DNA of 51,246 bases, taken from Eubacteriales bacterium. Its GTDB lineage: Bacteria > Bacillota > Clostridia > Oscillospirales > CAG-272. A model generated the notes under the pieces. It saw only the letters and a program-made list of their open reading frames with translations, ran no database searches and was not told where the DNA came from. Below are positions 36,382-45,360 of this stretch, one piece after another. The stretch lies in contig JAZOUQ010000145.1 of NCBI GenBank assembly GCA_045658185.1, forward strand, positions 1-51,246, written 5' to 3'. Within the stretch, counting starts at the first letter, position 1; every line of letters begins with the position of its first letter. The translations under genes and the position numbers were made by a program.

Positions 36382-37089
36382 ATGGTTTTTGATATAATGA
36401 CGCTTTTTCCCGAGCTTGTCAACTATGTTTTGGGAGAGAGTATAATTGGCAGGGCACAGAAAAGCGGAGCTATTACTGTGGAATGTCATAATATACGTGA
36501 CTATACTGAGGACAAGCACCGTAGAGTAGACGATACTCCATATGGCGGAGGAAAAGGTATGCTGATGATGGCTCCGCCGATATATAACTGCTTTGAGGCA
36601 ATTGTAAACAAAAGGTCAGAGATGTCGGGAAGCAGAAGAGTGGTTTATATGACACCTGCAGGAACGATACTTAATCAAAAAAAGGCAGAAGAGCTTGCTA
36701 CTTATGATAACATAGTTATTCTATGTGGGCACTACGAGGGTGTTGACAGACGAATAATAGATGAAATTGTTGATGAAGAAATTTCAATAGGAGATTACGT
36801 TCTTACGGGGGGAGAGATACCCGCATGTATACTTGTTGATAGCGTTGCTCGACTTGTTGACGGAGTTCTTGCTGCCCCTGAATGTCATACAGAGGAGAGT
36901 ATAACGAGCGGTTTGTTAGAGTATCCCCAATATACTCGTCCCTATGAATTTCATGGAGTTAATGTTCCGGACGTTCTGATATCCGGTCACCACGAAAATA
37001 TTGATAAGTGGCGAAAAGAAAAATCAATTGAACTTACAAGAGAACGAAGACCCGATCTTTTAGAAAAGTATAACGAAAGGAGTGAGTAA
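36382..37089 (+). CDS. trmD: tRNA (guanine37-N1)-methyltransferase
   Basis: FDIMTLFPEL...HNIRDYT.DKHRRVDDTPYGGGKGMLM...LCGHYEGVDRR...IGDYVLTGGE. Confidence 0.95.
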   Translation: MVFDIMTLFPELVNYVLGESIIGRAQKSGAITVECHNIRDYTEDKHRRVDDTPYGGGKGMLMMAPPIYNCFEAIVNKRSEMSGSRRVVYMTPAGTILNQKKAEELATYDNIVILCGHYEGVDRRIIDEIVDEEISIGDYVLTGGEIPACILVDSVARLVDGVLAAPECHTEESITSGLLEYPQYTRPYEFHGVNVPDVLISGHHENIDKWRKEKSIELTRERRPDLLEKYNERSE

Positions 37090-37091
37090 GT

Positions 37092-39083
37092 TTGAAAAAG
37101 AATAAGAAGAATGATAAAGTCAAAAAGGTTACGAAAAAAAGTGAACGTTCTTCTGCTAACCTTGCCGGAATAAGCATATTTATTTTCTTACTTGATAAGC
37201 TTTCCGACAGCATTTACAATATGTTTGTCAACGGTTTTTTCGGTCGTATTTTTTCATCTTATTCTGCTGAACTCTCCTCGTATGAAAACGGACAGCTTCT
37301 GGCGTATTTTAAAGGTACAAATAAATCATGTAACTTTTTCAGGAAGATACGAATGTTTCTGTCTTGTCACTTTGAAAATAGTTTTATTCTAAAGCTGTTA
37401 AGGAAAGGTGTGCGAAGTTTAGCTTTTGCAACGTTGAAATCTTACGGATGTTTCTTTCTTGCTTTTGGAATATACACTATGATAGTATATCTTATCAAGA
37501 AATTTATTCCTGTAACAGGCGAAGCAAATATTGATCATATGTTTATAGGAATATATATTTGCCTTATATCGATACCGTTATACTTTTCAAGAAAACCATT
37601 GGCAATAGCTGTGAAAAACAGCCGAATGCTTGGTGCATTGTTTGTTGATGCATTTGGATACAGAGAGGAAAAATTTGATGATATAAACCTAAATACTGAT
37701 TCCAAAACAGGCGTGGCAATATTGCTTGGATTAATTGCAGGAATATTGACTTTTGCTATAACTCCATTAAGCATTATAATTGCTTTGCTGTTCTTGGTTG
37801 TTATAACACTCGTTATTATATCACCTGAAATCGGTGTTTTAATATGTATATTTGGACTCCCGTTTTGTTCGTTTTTATCTAATCCAACATTGATCTTGAC
37901 ATCAGCGGTTATCCTTACGACTTTTTCGTATGTCATTAAGTTGATTAGAGGAAAAAGGATATTTCATTTAGAGCTGCTTGATGTAGTTGTTCTTATATTT
38001 TCTATTATTATATTTTTCTCAGGTGCGATAACTATGGGCGGCAAAGCCTCTTACTATGCGGCTATAGTTTCGTGTGTTCTATTGTTCGGATATTTTTTTG
38101 TTGTCAATTTGATGAGAACGGATATTTGGATAAAGCGTTGTATTCTCGCCCTCGTAACTTCAGGAACAATCGTAGCTATAATCGGTGTTTTACAATATGC
38201 ACTTGGAGCGGCAGTAAACGATTGGCTCGATTTGAAGTATTTTTCCGATATATACGGAAGAACCACGTCTTTGTTTGAAAATCCAAACTATCTTGCGGCA
38301 TATCTTGCATTGATTTTCCCCTTTGCAATTTATCTTACGTTCGCATCAAGAACTAAAAAAGAAACCTTGCTTTGTATTTTGTGTGATCTCATTATAGTTT
38401 TATGTACTGTTTTTACATGGAGCAGGGGTGCTTGGTTGGCAATGCTTATTTGCTTGGTCGTTCAGTGTACGATCTATTCAAGAAAAACGCTGAGATTGGT
38501 ATGGTTATCTATAGCGGCATTACCTATCTTACCGTTTGTTTTGCCAAACAATTTAGTAGCAAGATTTTTGAGTATAGGAAACCTTTCAGATTCCTCGATA
38601 ATGTATAGAATGTACACATGGAGAGGAAGTATGAATATGATAAAAGATTACTTTTGGGGTGGTATAGGTTACGGAGCAGAATCTTTCTCAGAGATTTATC
38701 CCCAATATGCCTATGCAGGAATGGAGTCGGCGGCACATAGCCATAGTTTGTTTTTACAAATACTTTTGGGAGTAGGAATAGGCGGTCTTGTATGTTTTAT
38801 ACTCATTCTTGTTTTTTATACCCAAAAGAGTTTTGAATATTTGAGAGCACCATCTGATAGGTTGAGCTTTATGAGAACCGTTTCGGCAATGACTGCTGTA
38901 GTTGCTCTTACAATTATGGGAATATTCGACTATGTTTGGTATAATAACAGAATATTCTTCTTATTCTGGGTTGTTATGGCAATTGGTGTTGCTTGTATTA
39001 AAAACGGTAATATAAGAAAATCAAAGGCTCAAAATTTAAGTATATATGGCGAATACTCGGCAAGTGTCGATATTGATAAATAA
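37092..39083 (+). CDS. O-antigen ligase (Wzy_C)-like polytopic membrane protein
   Basis: The TTG start lies 2 nt after the trmD stop, with AAGGAG upstream. There are at least 10 hydrophobic segments. The periplasmic-loop region reads WSRGAWLAM...YRMYTWRGS...AHSHSLFLQIL, as in O-antigen ligase/polymerase families. Confidence 0.7.
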   Translation: MKKNKKNDKVKKVTKKSERSSANLAGISIFIFLLDKLSDSIYNMFVNGFFGRIFSSYSAELSSYENGQLLAYFKGTNKSCNFFRKIRMFLSCHFENSFILKLLRKGVRSLAFATLKSYGCFFLAFGIYTMIVYLIKKFIPVTGEANIDHMFIGIYICLISIPLYFSRKPLAIAVKNSRMLGALFVDAFGYREEKFDDINLNTDSKTGVAILLGLIAGILTFAITPLSIIIALLFLVVITLVIISPEIGVLICIFGLPFCSFLSNPTLILTSAVILTTFSYVIKLIRGKRIFHLELLDVVVLIFSIIIFFSGAITMGGKASYYAAIVSCVLLFGYFFVVNLMRTDIWIKRCILALVTSGTIVAIIGVLQYALGAAVNDWLDLKYFSDIYGRTTSLFENPNYLAAYLALIFPFAIYLTFASRTKKETLLCILCDLIIVLCTVFTWSRGAWLAMLICLVVQCTIYSRKTLRLVWLSIAALPILPFVLPNNLVARFLSIGNLSDSSIMYRMYTWRGSMNMIKDYFWGGIGYGAESFSEIYPQYAYAGMESAAHSHSLFLQILLGVGIGGLVCFILILVFYTQKSFEYLRAPSDRLSFMRTVSAMTAVVALTIMGIFDYVWYNNRIFFLFWVVMAIGVACIKNGNIRKSKAQNLSIYGEYSASVDIDK

Positions 39084-39097
39084 AGGGGTGTAAAATT

Positions 39098-39622
39098 ATG
39101 AAAGAAAATAATAGCTCTTCTTTGAAAAGCACTCGTAAAACAAAGATTGGAAGATTTAATCTTATAGATTTTCTTTTGATTGTTGTAATACTTTTGATTA
39201 TTGCGGCAATGGTTTATGTTTTTCTACCGGGATCTGTAATAAGTAAGCTTACAGCAGATAAAACTGTCAAGATAGACTACGCTATTGAAATAATTGGTGT
39301 AGATGAGGCTTTTATTGATAACATAAAGGAAAATGACGTTGTTCTAGATGCTATAAGCAAAAACCAATTAGGAACGGTAACAGCAATAGATTATAACATT
39401 CAAACTACCGAATTAAAATACAATGAGTCAGAAAATATAGGAGTTCTTTCTCAGGTTGAGAAAAAGCGTAATGTCATTGTCTTCATATCTGCTGAGGGAG
39501 AGTATGAAGAAGGAAAGGGATATACTATCAACGGAACAAGAATTGCCGTTGGAGAAAAGATAAACGCTAGATTTCCTGACTATGTTTGTGAAGCTTACTG
39601 TATAAGTATACCGCGAGATTGA
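39098..39622 (+). CDS. DUF4330-like single-pass membrane protein (paralogue 1)
   Basis: A basic N-terminus is followed by RFNLIDFLLIVVILLIIAAMVYVF and a beta-rich domain. Both size and N-terminal pattern fit DUF4330 from memory. Confidence 0.6.
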   Translation: MKENNSSSLKSTRKTKIGRFNLIDFLLIVVILLIIAAMVYVFLPGSVISKLTADKTVKIDYAIEIIGVDEAFIDNIKENDVVLDAISKNQLGTVTAIDYNIQTTELKYNESENIGVLSQVEKKRNVIVFISAEGEYEEGKGYTINGTRIAVGEKINARFPDYVCEAYCISIPRD

Positions 39623-39636
39623 TTGGAGAGAGAAAT

Positions 39637-40173
39637 ATGAAAGAGCAAAAAGAAAAATCAGTAAAGCGTCCTCGCTTTGGCGTTTTGGACGTAGTAATAA
39701 TTCTTCTTGTTATTATTGCTTTTATCGGAGTGTATTTCAGATATAATATCATAAGCTTTTTTGAAGATACGCAGAATATCAAGGAATACAGCGTTAGCTA
39801 TTCTATAAAAAACGTGAGATATACCACGGAACGTTTTGTTGATATAGGGGATAAAGTATACTTTGCATCAAGTGGAGAAGAATTTGGTACTTTGACTAAC
39901 GTATCTGAAAATATGGGAGCACTTAGTAGCAAACCTTCTTCGGAATTATTCACTAACTCCAAGGGTGAAATTGTCGAAGTAACTTATCCTAATATTCAGA
40001 CCAGAATTGATGCCGAAGGAAGAATGATCTGCTCAGGAAGATATTCTGAAGAAGGTGGTTTTCTTGTTAACGGTTCTACTTATGTAGCCTCAGGACAATA
40101 CGTGGACGTAAAAACCGAATATGTTACAGTGACAATAAGAATTAATGATATTGCTCCTATCGAACAAAACTAG
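39637..40173 (+). CDS. DUF4330-like single-pass membrane protein (paralogue 2)
   Basis: ATG after GGAGAGAG. RPRFGVLDVVIILLVIIAFIGVYF shows the same layout as the upstream gene (…GTLTNV…GFLVNGSTYVASGQYVDV…). It ends in TAG, with a TGA two codons later. Confidence 0.6.
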   Translation: MKEQKEKSVKRPRFGVLDVVIILLVIIAFIGVYFRYNIISFFEDTQNIKEYSVSYSIKNVRYTTERFVDIGDKVYFASSGEEFGTLTNVSENMGALSSKPSSELFTNSKGEIVEVTYPNIQTRIDAEGRMICSGRYSEEGGFLVNGSTYVASGQYVDVKTEYVTVTIRINDIAPIEQN

Positions 40174-40292
40174 CGATGAAAATTGAATTTTGACCAAATT
40201 AATTGGCTTTATATTTGTGCAAATGTACAAAATGAAGGTTTTTGGGGCTGTTTTTCAAAAAAAGTTTATTCAAAACGCACAAAAAATATCTA

Positions 40293-40321
40293 TTGATTTT
40301 ATTCCACTTTTTTGATATACT
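40293..40321 (+). promoter_or_regulatory. sigma-A-type promoter for ptsH
   Basis: TTGATT (40293-40298), 17-nt spacer, TATACT (40316-40321), with an extended -10 TG. Confidence 0.45.
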
Positions 40322-40388
40322 ATTAGTAGATTACTAGCATTATATTTAATATGTTCAAATATATGCATTAGAGACAGGAGCAAACACT

Positions 40389-40658
40389 ATGACGAGAAGA
40401 GACGTAACCATTACAAATAATATTGGCTTGCATGCAAGACCTGCTACATTTTTTATTCAGAAAGCAAATTCATATAAATCATTGATTTGGATAGAAAAAG
40501 AAGATCGCAAGGTAAGTGCTAAAAGTTTGTTGGGTGTATTGTCACTTGGAATTGCACAGGGAATGACGATAACCGTTATTGCAGACGGTCAGGATGAAAA
40601 CGAAGCGGTTAACGGTCTTGTTGAACTTGTAGATACTAAATTTGCTGAATTCGAATAA
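40389..40658 (+). CDS. ptsH: phosphocarrier protein HPr
   Basis: GLHARPAT (His15 site) and SAKSLLGVLSLG (Ser46 site). Length is 89 aa. Confidence 0.9.
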   Translation: MTRRDVTITNNIGLHARPATFFIQKANSYKSLIWIEKEDRKVSAKSLLGVLSLGIAQGMTITVIADGQDENEAVNGLVELVDTKFAEFE

Positions 40659-40666
40659 TGAAACAG

Positions 40667-40712
40667 TATAGGGTTGTTGCTTGTGGGTAACAACCCTGTA
40701 TTAATTTAATTT
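40667..40712 (+). terminator. rho-independent terminator
   Basis: GGGTTGTT (40671-40678) / AACAACCC (40689-40696), extended by flanking pairs and followed by a T-rich tail. Confidence 0.65.
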
Positions 40713-40727
40713 TAAGGAGCAGAAATT

Positions 40728-42602
40728 ATGCCCCAATCAAAAAAGATAGACGAGTTATTAAAAAAAGCCAATTCTTTGCCGTTGTGTCCAGGCGTTTATA
40801 TAATGAAAGACAAAAACGGTAAGGTAATATATGTTGGAAAGTCAAGGAAATTAAAAAACAGAGTTTCGCAATATTTTCAAAATTCCAAAAAAAATTACAA
40901 GACATCTCGAATGGTCGTAAGCGTTAATGATTTCGATTATATAATTTGTGATACCGAAATCGAGGCTTTGACCTTAGAAAATACGCTGATAAAGCGTTAT
41001 TCTCCAAAATATAATATAAGATTAAAAGATTCAAAGGCGTATCCGTATATAAAGATTACCGATAGCGTTTATCCAAGAATTGTCTTTACCCGTTCGAGAA
41101 TATCGGATAGAGCAAAATATTTTGGACCTTTCTCGGGAACATCCACGGTATATTCCGTTTTGGATATAATTCATAAATCCTTGGGGATACCTAACTGCAA
41201 AAGACAGTTTCCTCGCGATATTGGCAAAGAAAGACCTTGTATATACTATCAAATGGGGCAGTGTTGTGGAGTGTGTACAGGGAAGGTCTCCGCTGAAGAG
41301 TATAAGGCTTTAATCAAGTGTGCATCGGAAATTCTTAGAGGAAACATTTCAGACGCTAAAAACAAATTGACCGAGCAAATGTTGAATTTTGCGGAAGAAG
41401 AGCGTTTTGAAGCCGCCGCAAAATGCAGAGATACCATAGACGCATTGGAAAAATTACATCAAAAACAACATGTCATTGCTTCACCTGAAACCGAAATGGA
41501 TGTTTTTGGTATGTGGAATGATGATTATGGTACGTGTGTTTCTTGTCTTTACGTTCGCGAAGGACGGGTCATCGACAATACCGATTATATGTTTGACGTA
41601 GATGCAGAGGCAGATGAGGATGCATTGTGTGCATTTCTTGTCGAACATTATAATGTAAGAGAAGACATACCGAAAGAAATAATTACTTCTTTTGATTTGG
41701 AAATTGAGTCCAAGGAACTGTTAGAAAGTTATTTTACTCAAAAGTCAGGCAGACATATAACTGTAAGAACCCCCGAACGTGGCAATACCAAGAAGCTCTG
41801 TGACACGGTAGTTGCCAATGCCAAGCAAAAAGCAACCCAAAGCCGTTTAGAGGCACAGAACGATGAAACCGTATTAGTCAATCTATCGAAAATTTTACAG
41901 CTTGAAAGTGTTCCTCAGCGAATTGAAGCATACGATATTTCAAATATCGGTACTGAGAATATTACGGCAGGTATGGTAGTTTACGTTAATGGTAAACAAT
42001 GCCGCCAAGACTACCGTGTATTTAATATAAAAACGGTAGAGGGTACGGACGACTACGCATCAATGAGAGAAGCTCTTACGAGAAGAATAAAGCATTTGCT
42101 AAGTGATACGACGGGGTCTTTTTCGGAATATCCCGATCTTATGCTCATAGACGGAGGAAAGGGACACGTAGGCGTAGTCAAGGAGGTCTTGAGAGAGTTT
42201 AACGTGGATATTCCCGTATTCGGAATGGTAAAGGACGAGTATCACAAAACGCGTTCTTTATGTACCGACACCGATGAAATCAATATATCAAGGGACAGAG
42301 CGATATTTACTCTTATATATAAGATACAAGAGGAGGTTCACCGTTTTACCGTAAGTAAGACGTCAGGTGCAAAACGGGCAACTCTAAAAAAGTCGTCGCT
42401 TGAAAAGATACGCGGAATAGGTCCGTCAAAGGCAAAGATACTGCTACAATCCTTTGGAACATTATCAGCGTTGCGAGAGGCGACAGAGTCGCAGATAGCA
42501 GCAGTTTCCGGAATCAGCAGCAAGGATGCCAAAAACGTGTATTTGTATTTTAATGAAACAAGGGTGACAGAAGATGATGAGAATAATAACGGGAACAGCT
42601 AA
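40728..42602 (+). CDS. uvrC: excinuclease ABC subunit C
   Basis: GIY-YIG (GVYIMKDKNGKVIYVGKS...L.NRV..YF), a UVR domain, an endonuclease V-like domain and a C-terminal (HhH)2. Confidence 0.97.
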   Translation: MPQSKKIDELLKKANSLPLCPGVYIMKDKNGKVIYVGKSRKLKNRVSQYFQNSKKNYKTSRMVVSVNDFDYIICDTEIEALTLENTLIKRYSPKYNIRLKDSKAYPYIKITDSVYPRIVFTRSRISDRAKYFGPFSGTSTVYSVLDIIHKSLGIPNCKRQFPRDIGKERPCIYYQMGQCCGVCTGKVSAEEYKALIKCASEILRGNISDAKNKLTEQMLNFAEEERFEAAAKCRDTIDALEKLHQKQHVIASPETEMDVFGMWNDDYGTCVSCLYVREGRVIDNTDYMFDVDAEADEDALCAFLVEHYNVREDIPKEIITSFDLEIESKELLESYFTQKSGRHITVRTPERGNTKKLCDTVVANAKQKATQSRLEAQNDETVLVNLSKILQLESVPQRIEAYDISNIGTENITAGMVVYVNGKQCRQDYRVFNIKTVEGTDDYASMREALTRRIKHLLSDTTGSFSEYPDLMLIDGGKGHVGVVKEVLREFNVDIPVFGMVKDEYHKTRSLCTDTDEINISRDRAIFTLIYKIQEEVHRFTVSKTSGAKRATLKKSSLEKIRGIGPSKAKILLQSFGTLSALREATESQIAAVSGISSKDAKNVYLYFNETRVTEDDENNNGNS

Positions 42603-43140
42603 AGGAATACGTCTTAAGACGCTTGAAGGAGATGCAACAAGACCCACCTCCGAAAGAGTGAAGGAAGCGGTGTTTTCTATGCTTCAAGGTGATATTGAAG
42701 ACAGGGAAGTGCTTGACCTGTTTGCAGGTTCAGGACAGATGGGCTTGGAAGCATTGAGCCGTGGGGCGTCACACGCAACGCTGTGTGATAAATCCGCTCA
42801 GGCTATCAATATAATTTCCGAAAACGCAGAGAAAACAAGGCTTGTTTCAAAATGCACGATAAGAAAATGCGACTATTTAGATGCATTGAGAAACAGTATG
42901 GGAAAGAAATATGATATAATTTTTCTTGATCCGCCGTATGCTTCGGGATTTTATTGTATTGCACTTGACAGTATGTTAAAGAATAATGTTCTCAAACCCA
43001 CCTCACTTATAATATGCGAAAGCGGTACAGAAGAAATATTTAACGGAAATAATGATTTAGCTAACAAATTTAAAATAGTTAAGCAGTCAAAATACAGCAA
43101 GACATTTATTACTATACTTTCTTTGGAGGGTGACAAATGA
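42574..43140 (+). CDS. rsmD: 16S rRNA (guanine966-N2)-methyltransferase
   Basis: MRIITGTAKGIRLKTLEGDATRPTSERVKEAVFSML...DLFAGSGQMGLEA...DPPY. It overlaps the 3' end of uvrC. Confidence 0.9.
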   Translation: MMRIITGTAKGIRLKTLEGDATRPTSERVKEAVFSMLQGDIEDREVLDLFAGSGQMGLEALSRGASHATLCDKSAQAINIISENAEKTRLVSKCTIRKCDYLDALRNSMGKKYDIIFLDPPYASGFYCIALDSMLKNNVLKPTSLIICESGTEEIFNGNNDLANKFKIVKQSKYSKTFITILSLEGDK

Positions 43141-43631
43141 AAGACGGAAAGACTGTTGCGGTTGTACCGGGAAGCTTTGACCCCATAACATTTGGACATC
43201 TGGATATAATACAAAGAGCGGCAAAAAAATACGATATGGTATACGTTGCTGTAATGATAAATGACCAAAAGAAATATCTTTTCGGTATTGAAGAACGCGA
43301 ACATATTGCCCGCGAAGCCGTCAAAAACATCTCCAATGCGGTGGTAATTTCTTCTACGGGTATGCTTTGGCAGTTGGCAAAGGAGCTTTCAGCTGATGCT
43401 ATTGTTAAAGGATACAGAAACCCGGTGGATTATGATTATGAGATAAAGATGGCAGAATATAACACAGCTCACAATCCCGATGCTCCTACGGTACTGCTTG
43501 AGGCGAACAATGAGTTTGAGAATGTAAGCTCAACCAAGGTGCGAGAAATGTTATCAGAAGGGAAGTCACTTGAAAAATATCTTCCTGAAAATGTGGAAAA
43601 TATAATAAGAGAAATTCTTCTAACTAGATAA
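43137..43631 (+). CDS. coaD: phosphopantetheine adenylyltransferase
   Basis: AVVPGSFDPITFGHLDII...VKGYRN..D..YE...A..N. The ATG overlaps the rsmD TGA. Confidence 0.95.
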   Translation: MKDGKTVAVVPGSFDPITFGHLDIIQRAAKKYDMVYVAVMINDQKKYLFGIEEREHIAREAVKNISNAVVISSTGMLWQLAKELSADAIVKGYRNPVDYDYEIKMAEYNTAHNPDAPTVLLEANNEFENVSSTKVREMLSEGKSLEKYLPENVENIIREILLTR

Positions 43632-43638
43632 TCATTAT

Positions 43639-43667
43639 TCATAAAAACAAACAACCTCCCATATAAT
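43639..43667 (+). promoter_or_regulatory. possible sigma-E-type sporulation promoter for spoIVA
   Basis: TCATAAA (43639-43645), 14 nt, CATATAAT (43660-43667). This resembles my recollection of the sigma-E consensus (ATATT ... CATACA-T). The consensus is quoted from memory, so this is a weak call. Confidence 0.3.
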
Positions 43668-43710
43668 TTAGCAGAAATAATTTTTTGTTAAATAATTGGG
43701 AGGATTTTTT

Positions 43711-45189
43711 ATGGGTGAACACTCAATTTATAGGGATATAGCCGAAAGAACGGGCGGAGATATTTATATCGGAGTTGTAGGCCCTGTCAGGACGGGGAAA
43801 TCTACGTTTATTAAACGCTTTATGGAGGCATTGGTTTTGCCTAATATAGGAGATGAGTATTCCCGTGACAGAGCAAGAGATGAAATGCCACAGACGGCAG
43901 CAGGAAAAACCGTTATGACGACCGAGCCGAAATTCGTTCCCGATGAGGCGGTCACCGTAAAGCTGGACGATTGTGCGTCTTTGAGAGTAAAAATGATAGA
44001 TTGCGTGGGATATATCGTTGGCGAGGCACTGGGTACGATAGAAAACGGTCAGCCGCGAATGGTACATACTCCGTGGCAGGAAGAACCTATGCCCTTTGTT
44101 GAAGCTGCTGAAATGGGTACGGAAAAGGTTATCAAGGAGCATTCCACTATTGGTATGCTGATAACAACAGACGGAACTATAGGTGACATTTCAAGAGAGA
44201 GCTACGTTGATGCAGAAGAGCGTGTGGTTAAGGAATTGAAGGATATTGGTAAACCCTTTGCAATGATACTTAATTCCGCAGATCCAACCTCCGAAAAGGC
44301 AATATCTCTTGCGTATGACCTTGAAGCAAAATATAAGGTCCCCGTTGCACTTGTAAGCTGTATAGATCTTGATTCTGAGGATATAAAAAACATTCTTGAT
44401 CTGGTATTACACGAATTTCCCGTATCTGAACTTTGTATAAACATACCCTCTTGGATGAACGCCATAGACAGCTCCCACGAAATAAAAACGTCTATTTATT
44501 CCACAGTGCGTTCAGTAGCCGAAAAAATTCAAAAGGCGGGCGATATTAAAGACGCGGTAAAAGCTTTCTCGGAAAACGAATATATCAAGGCATTTACTTT
44601 GGATAACGTAGACCTTGGAACGGGCAAAGCATATGTAAGTCTTGATTTTGACAGAGCACTTTATTTCGATGTGATAAGTGAGCTTACAGGCTTTGATATT
44701 GACGGAGAAGAAACGCTTGTCAGACTTCTGCGTGAGTATGCTGAAGCAAAGGAGAATTTCGACAGGGTAGCCGAGGCGTTAAAGCTTGCCGAAGAAAAGG
44801 GATACGGAATCGTTATGCCCACGATAGATGAGTTGCATCTTGAAGAGCCGCAGATCATTAAGCAATCGGGCGGTTATGGGGTGAGATTGTGTGCATCTGC
44901 TCAATCAATACATATGATAAGAGCGAACATAGAAACGGAGATAAATCCCATTGTTGGTACAGAGCAGCAGTCGGCTGATCTGGTTAAATATATGCAAAGT
45001 GAATTTGATAGTGACCCGTCAAAGATTTGGGAGTCTAACGTTTTCGGAAAGAGCCTGTATGAGCTTGTAAACGAGGGACTTCATACCAAGCTCGAGCATA
45101 TGTCCGAGGACTCCAGAACCAAGCTCTCCGAAACGCTTGAACGCATCATAAACGAGGGAAGCAGCGGTCTTATTTGTATTATACTTTAA
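43711..45189 (+). CDS. spoIVA: stage IV sporulation protein A
   Basis: ATG after GGGAGG. IYRDIAERTGGDIYIGVVGPVRTGKSTFIKRFME (Walker A), about 492 aa, is the hallmark of SpoIVA. Confidence 0.95.
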   Translation: MGEHSIYRDIAERTGGDIYIGVVGPVRTGKSTFIKRFMEALVLPNIGDEYSRDRARDEMPQTAAGKTVMTTEPKFVPDEAVTVKLDDCASLRVKMIDCVGYIVGEALGTIENGQPRMVHTPWQEEPMPFVEAAEMGTEKVIKEHSTIGMLITTDGTIGDISRESYVDAEERVVKELKDIGKPFAMILNSADPTSEKAISLAYDLEAKYKVPVALVSCIDLDSEDIKNILDLVLHEFPVSELCINIPSWMNAIDSSHEIKTSIYSTVRSVAEKIQKAGDIKDAVKAFSENEYIKAFTLDNVDLGTGKAYVSLDFDRALYFDVISELTGFDIDGEETLVRLLREYAEAKENFDRVAEALKLAEEKGYGIVMPTIDELHLEEPQIIKQSGGYGVRLCASAQSIHMIRANIETEINPIVGTEQQSADLVKYMQSEFDSDPSKIWESNVFGKSLYELVNEGLHTKLEHMSEDSRTKLSETLERIINEGSSGLICIIL

Positions 45190-45195
45190 AAATTA

Positions 45196-45237
45196 TCGTC
45201 GAGGACGACATTGAATGTTGTCCTCGACGAGTTTTTT
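45196..45237 (+). terminator. rho-independent terminator
   Basis: TCGTCGAGGAC (45196-45206) / GTCCTCGACGA (45220-45230), followed by GTTTTTT. Confidence 0.85.
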
Positions 45238-45360
45238 ATGGACTAATTAAAAAAATTATGATATAATTATCTAAACCACCCAACCTTTTTATTCTGATTT
45301 GTGTCTTAAAGACAAGCGCTTATGAAAGGGAATTCCTAATTTTCAGAAAGGAGAGTGCAT

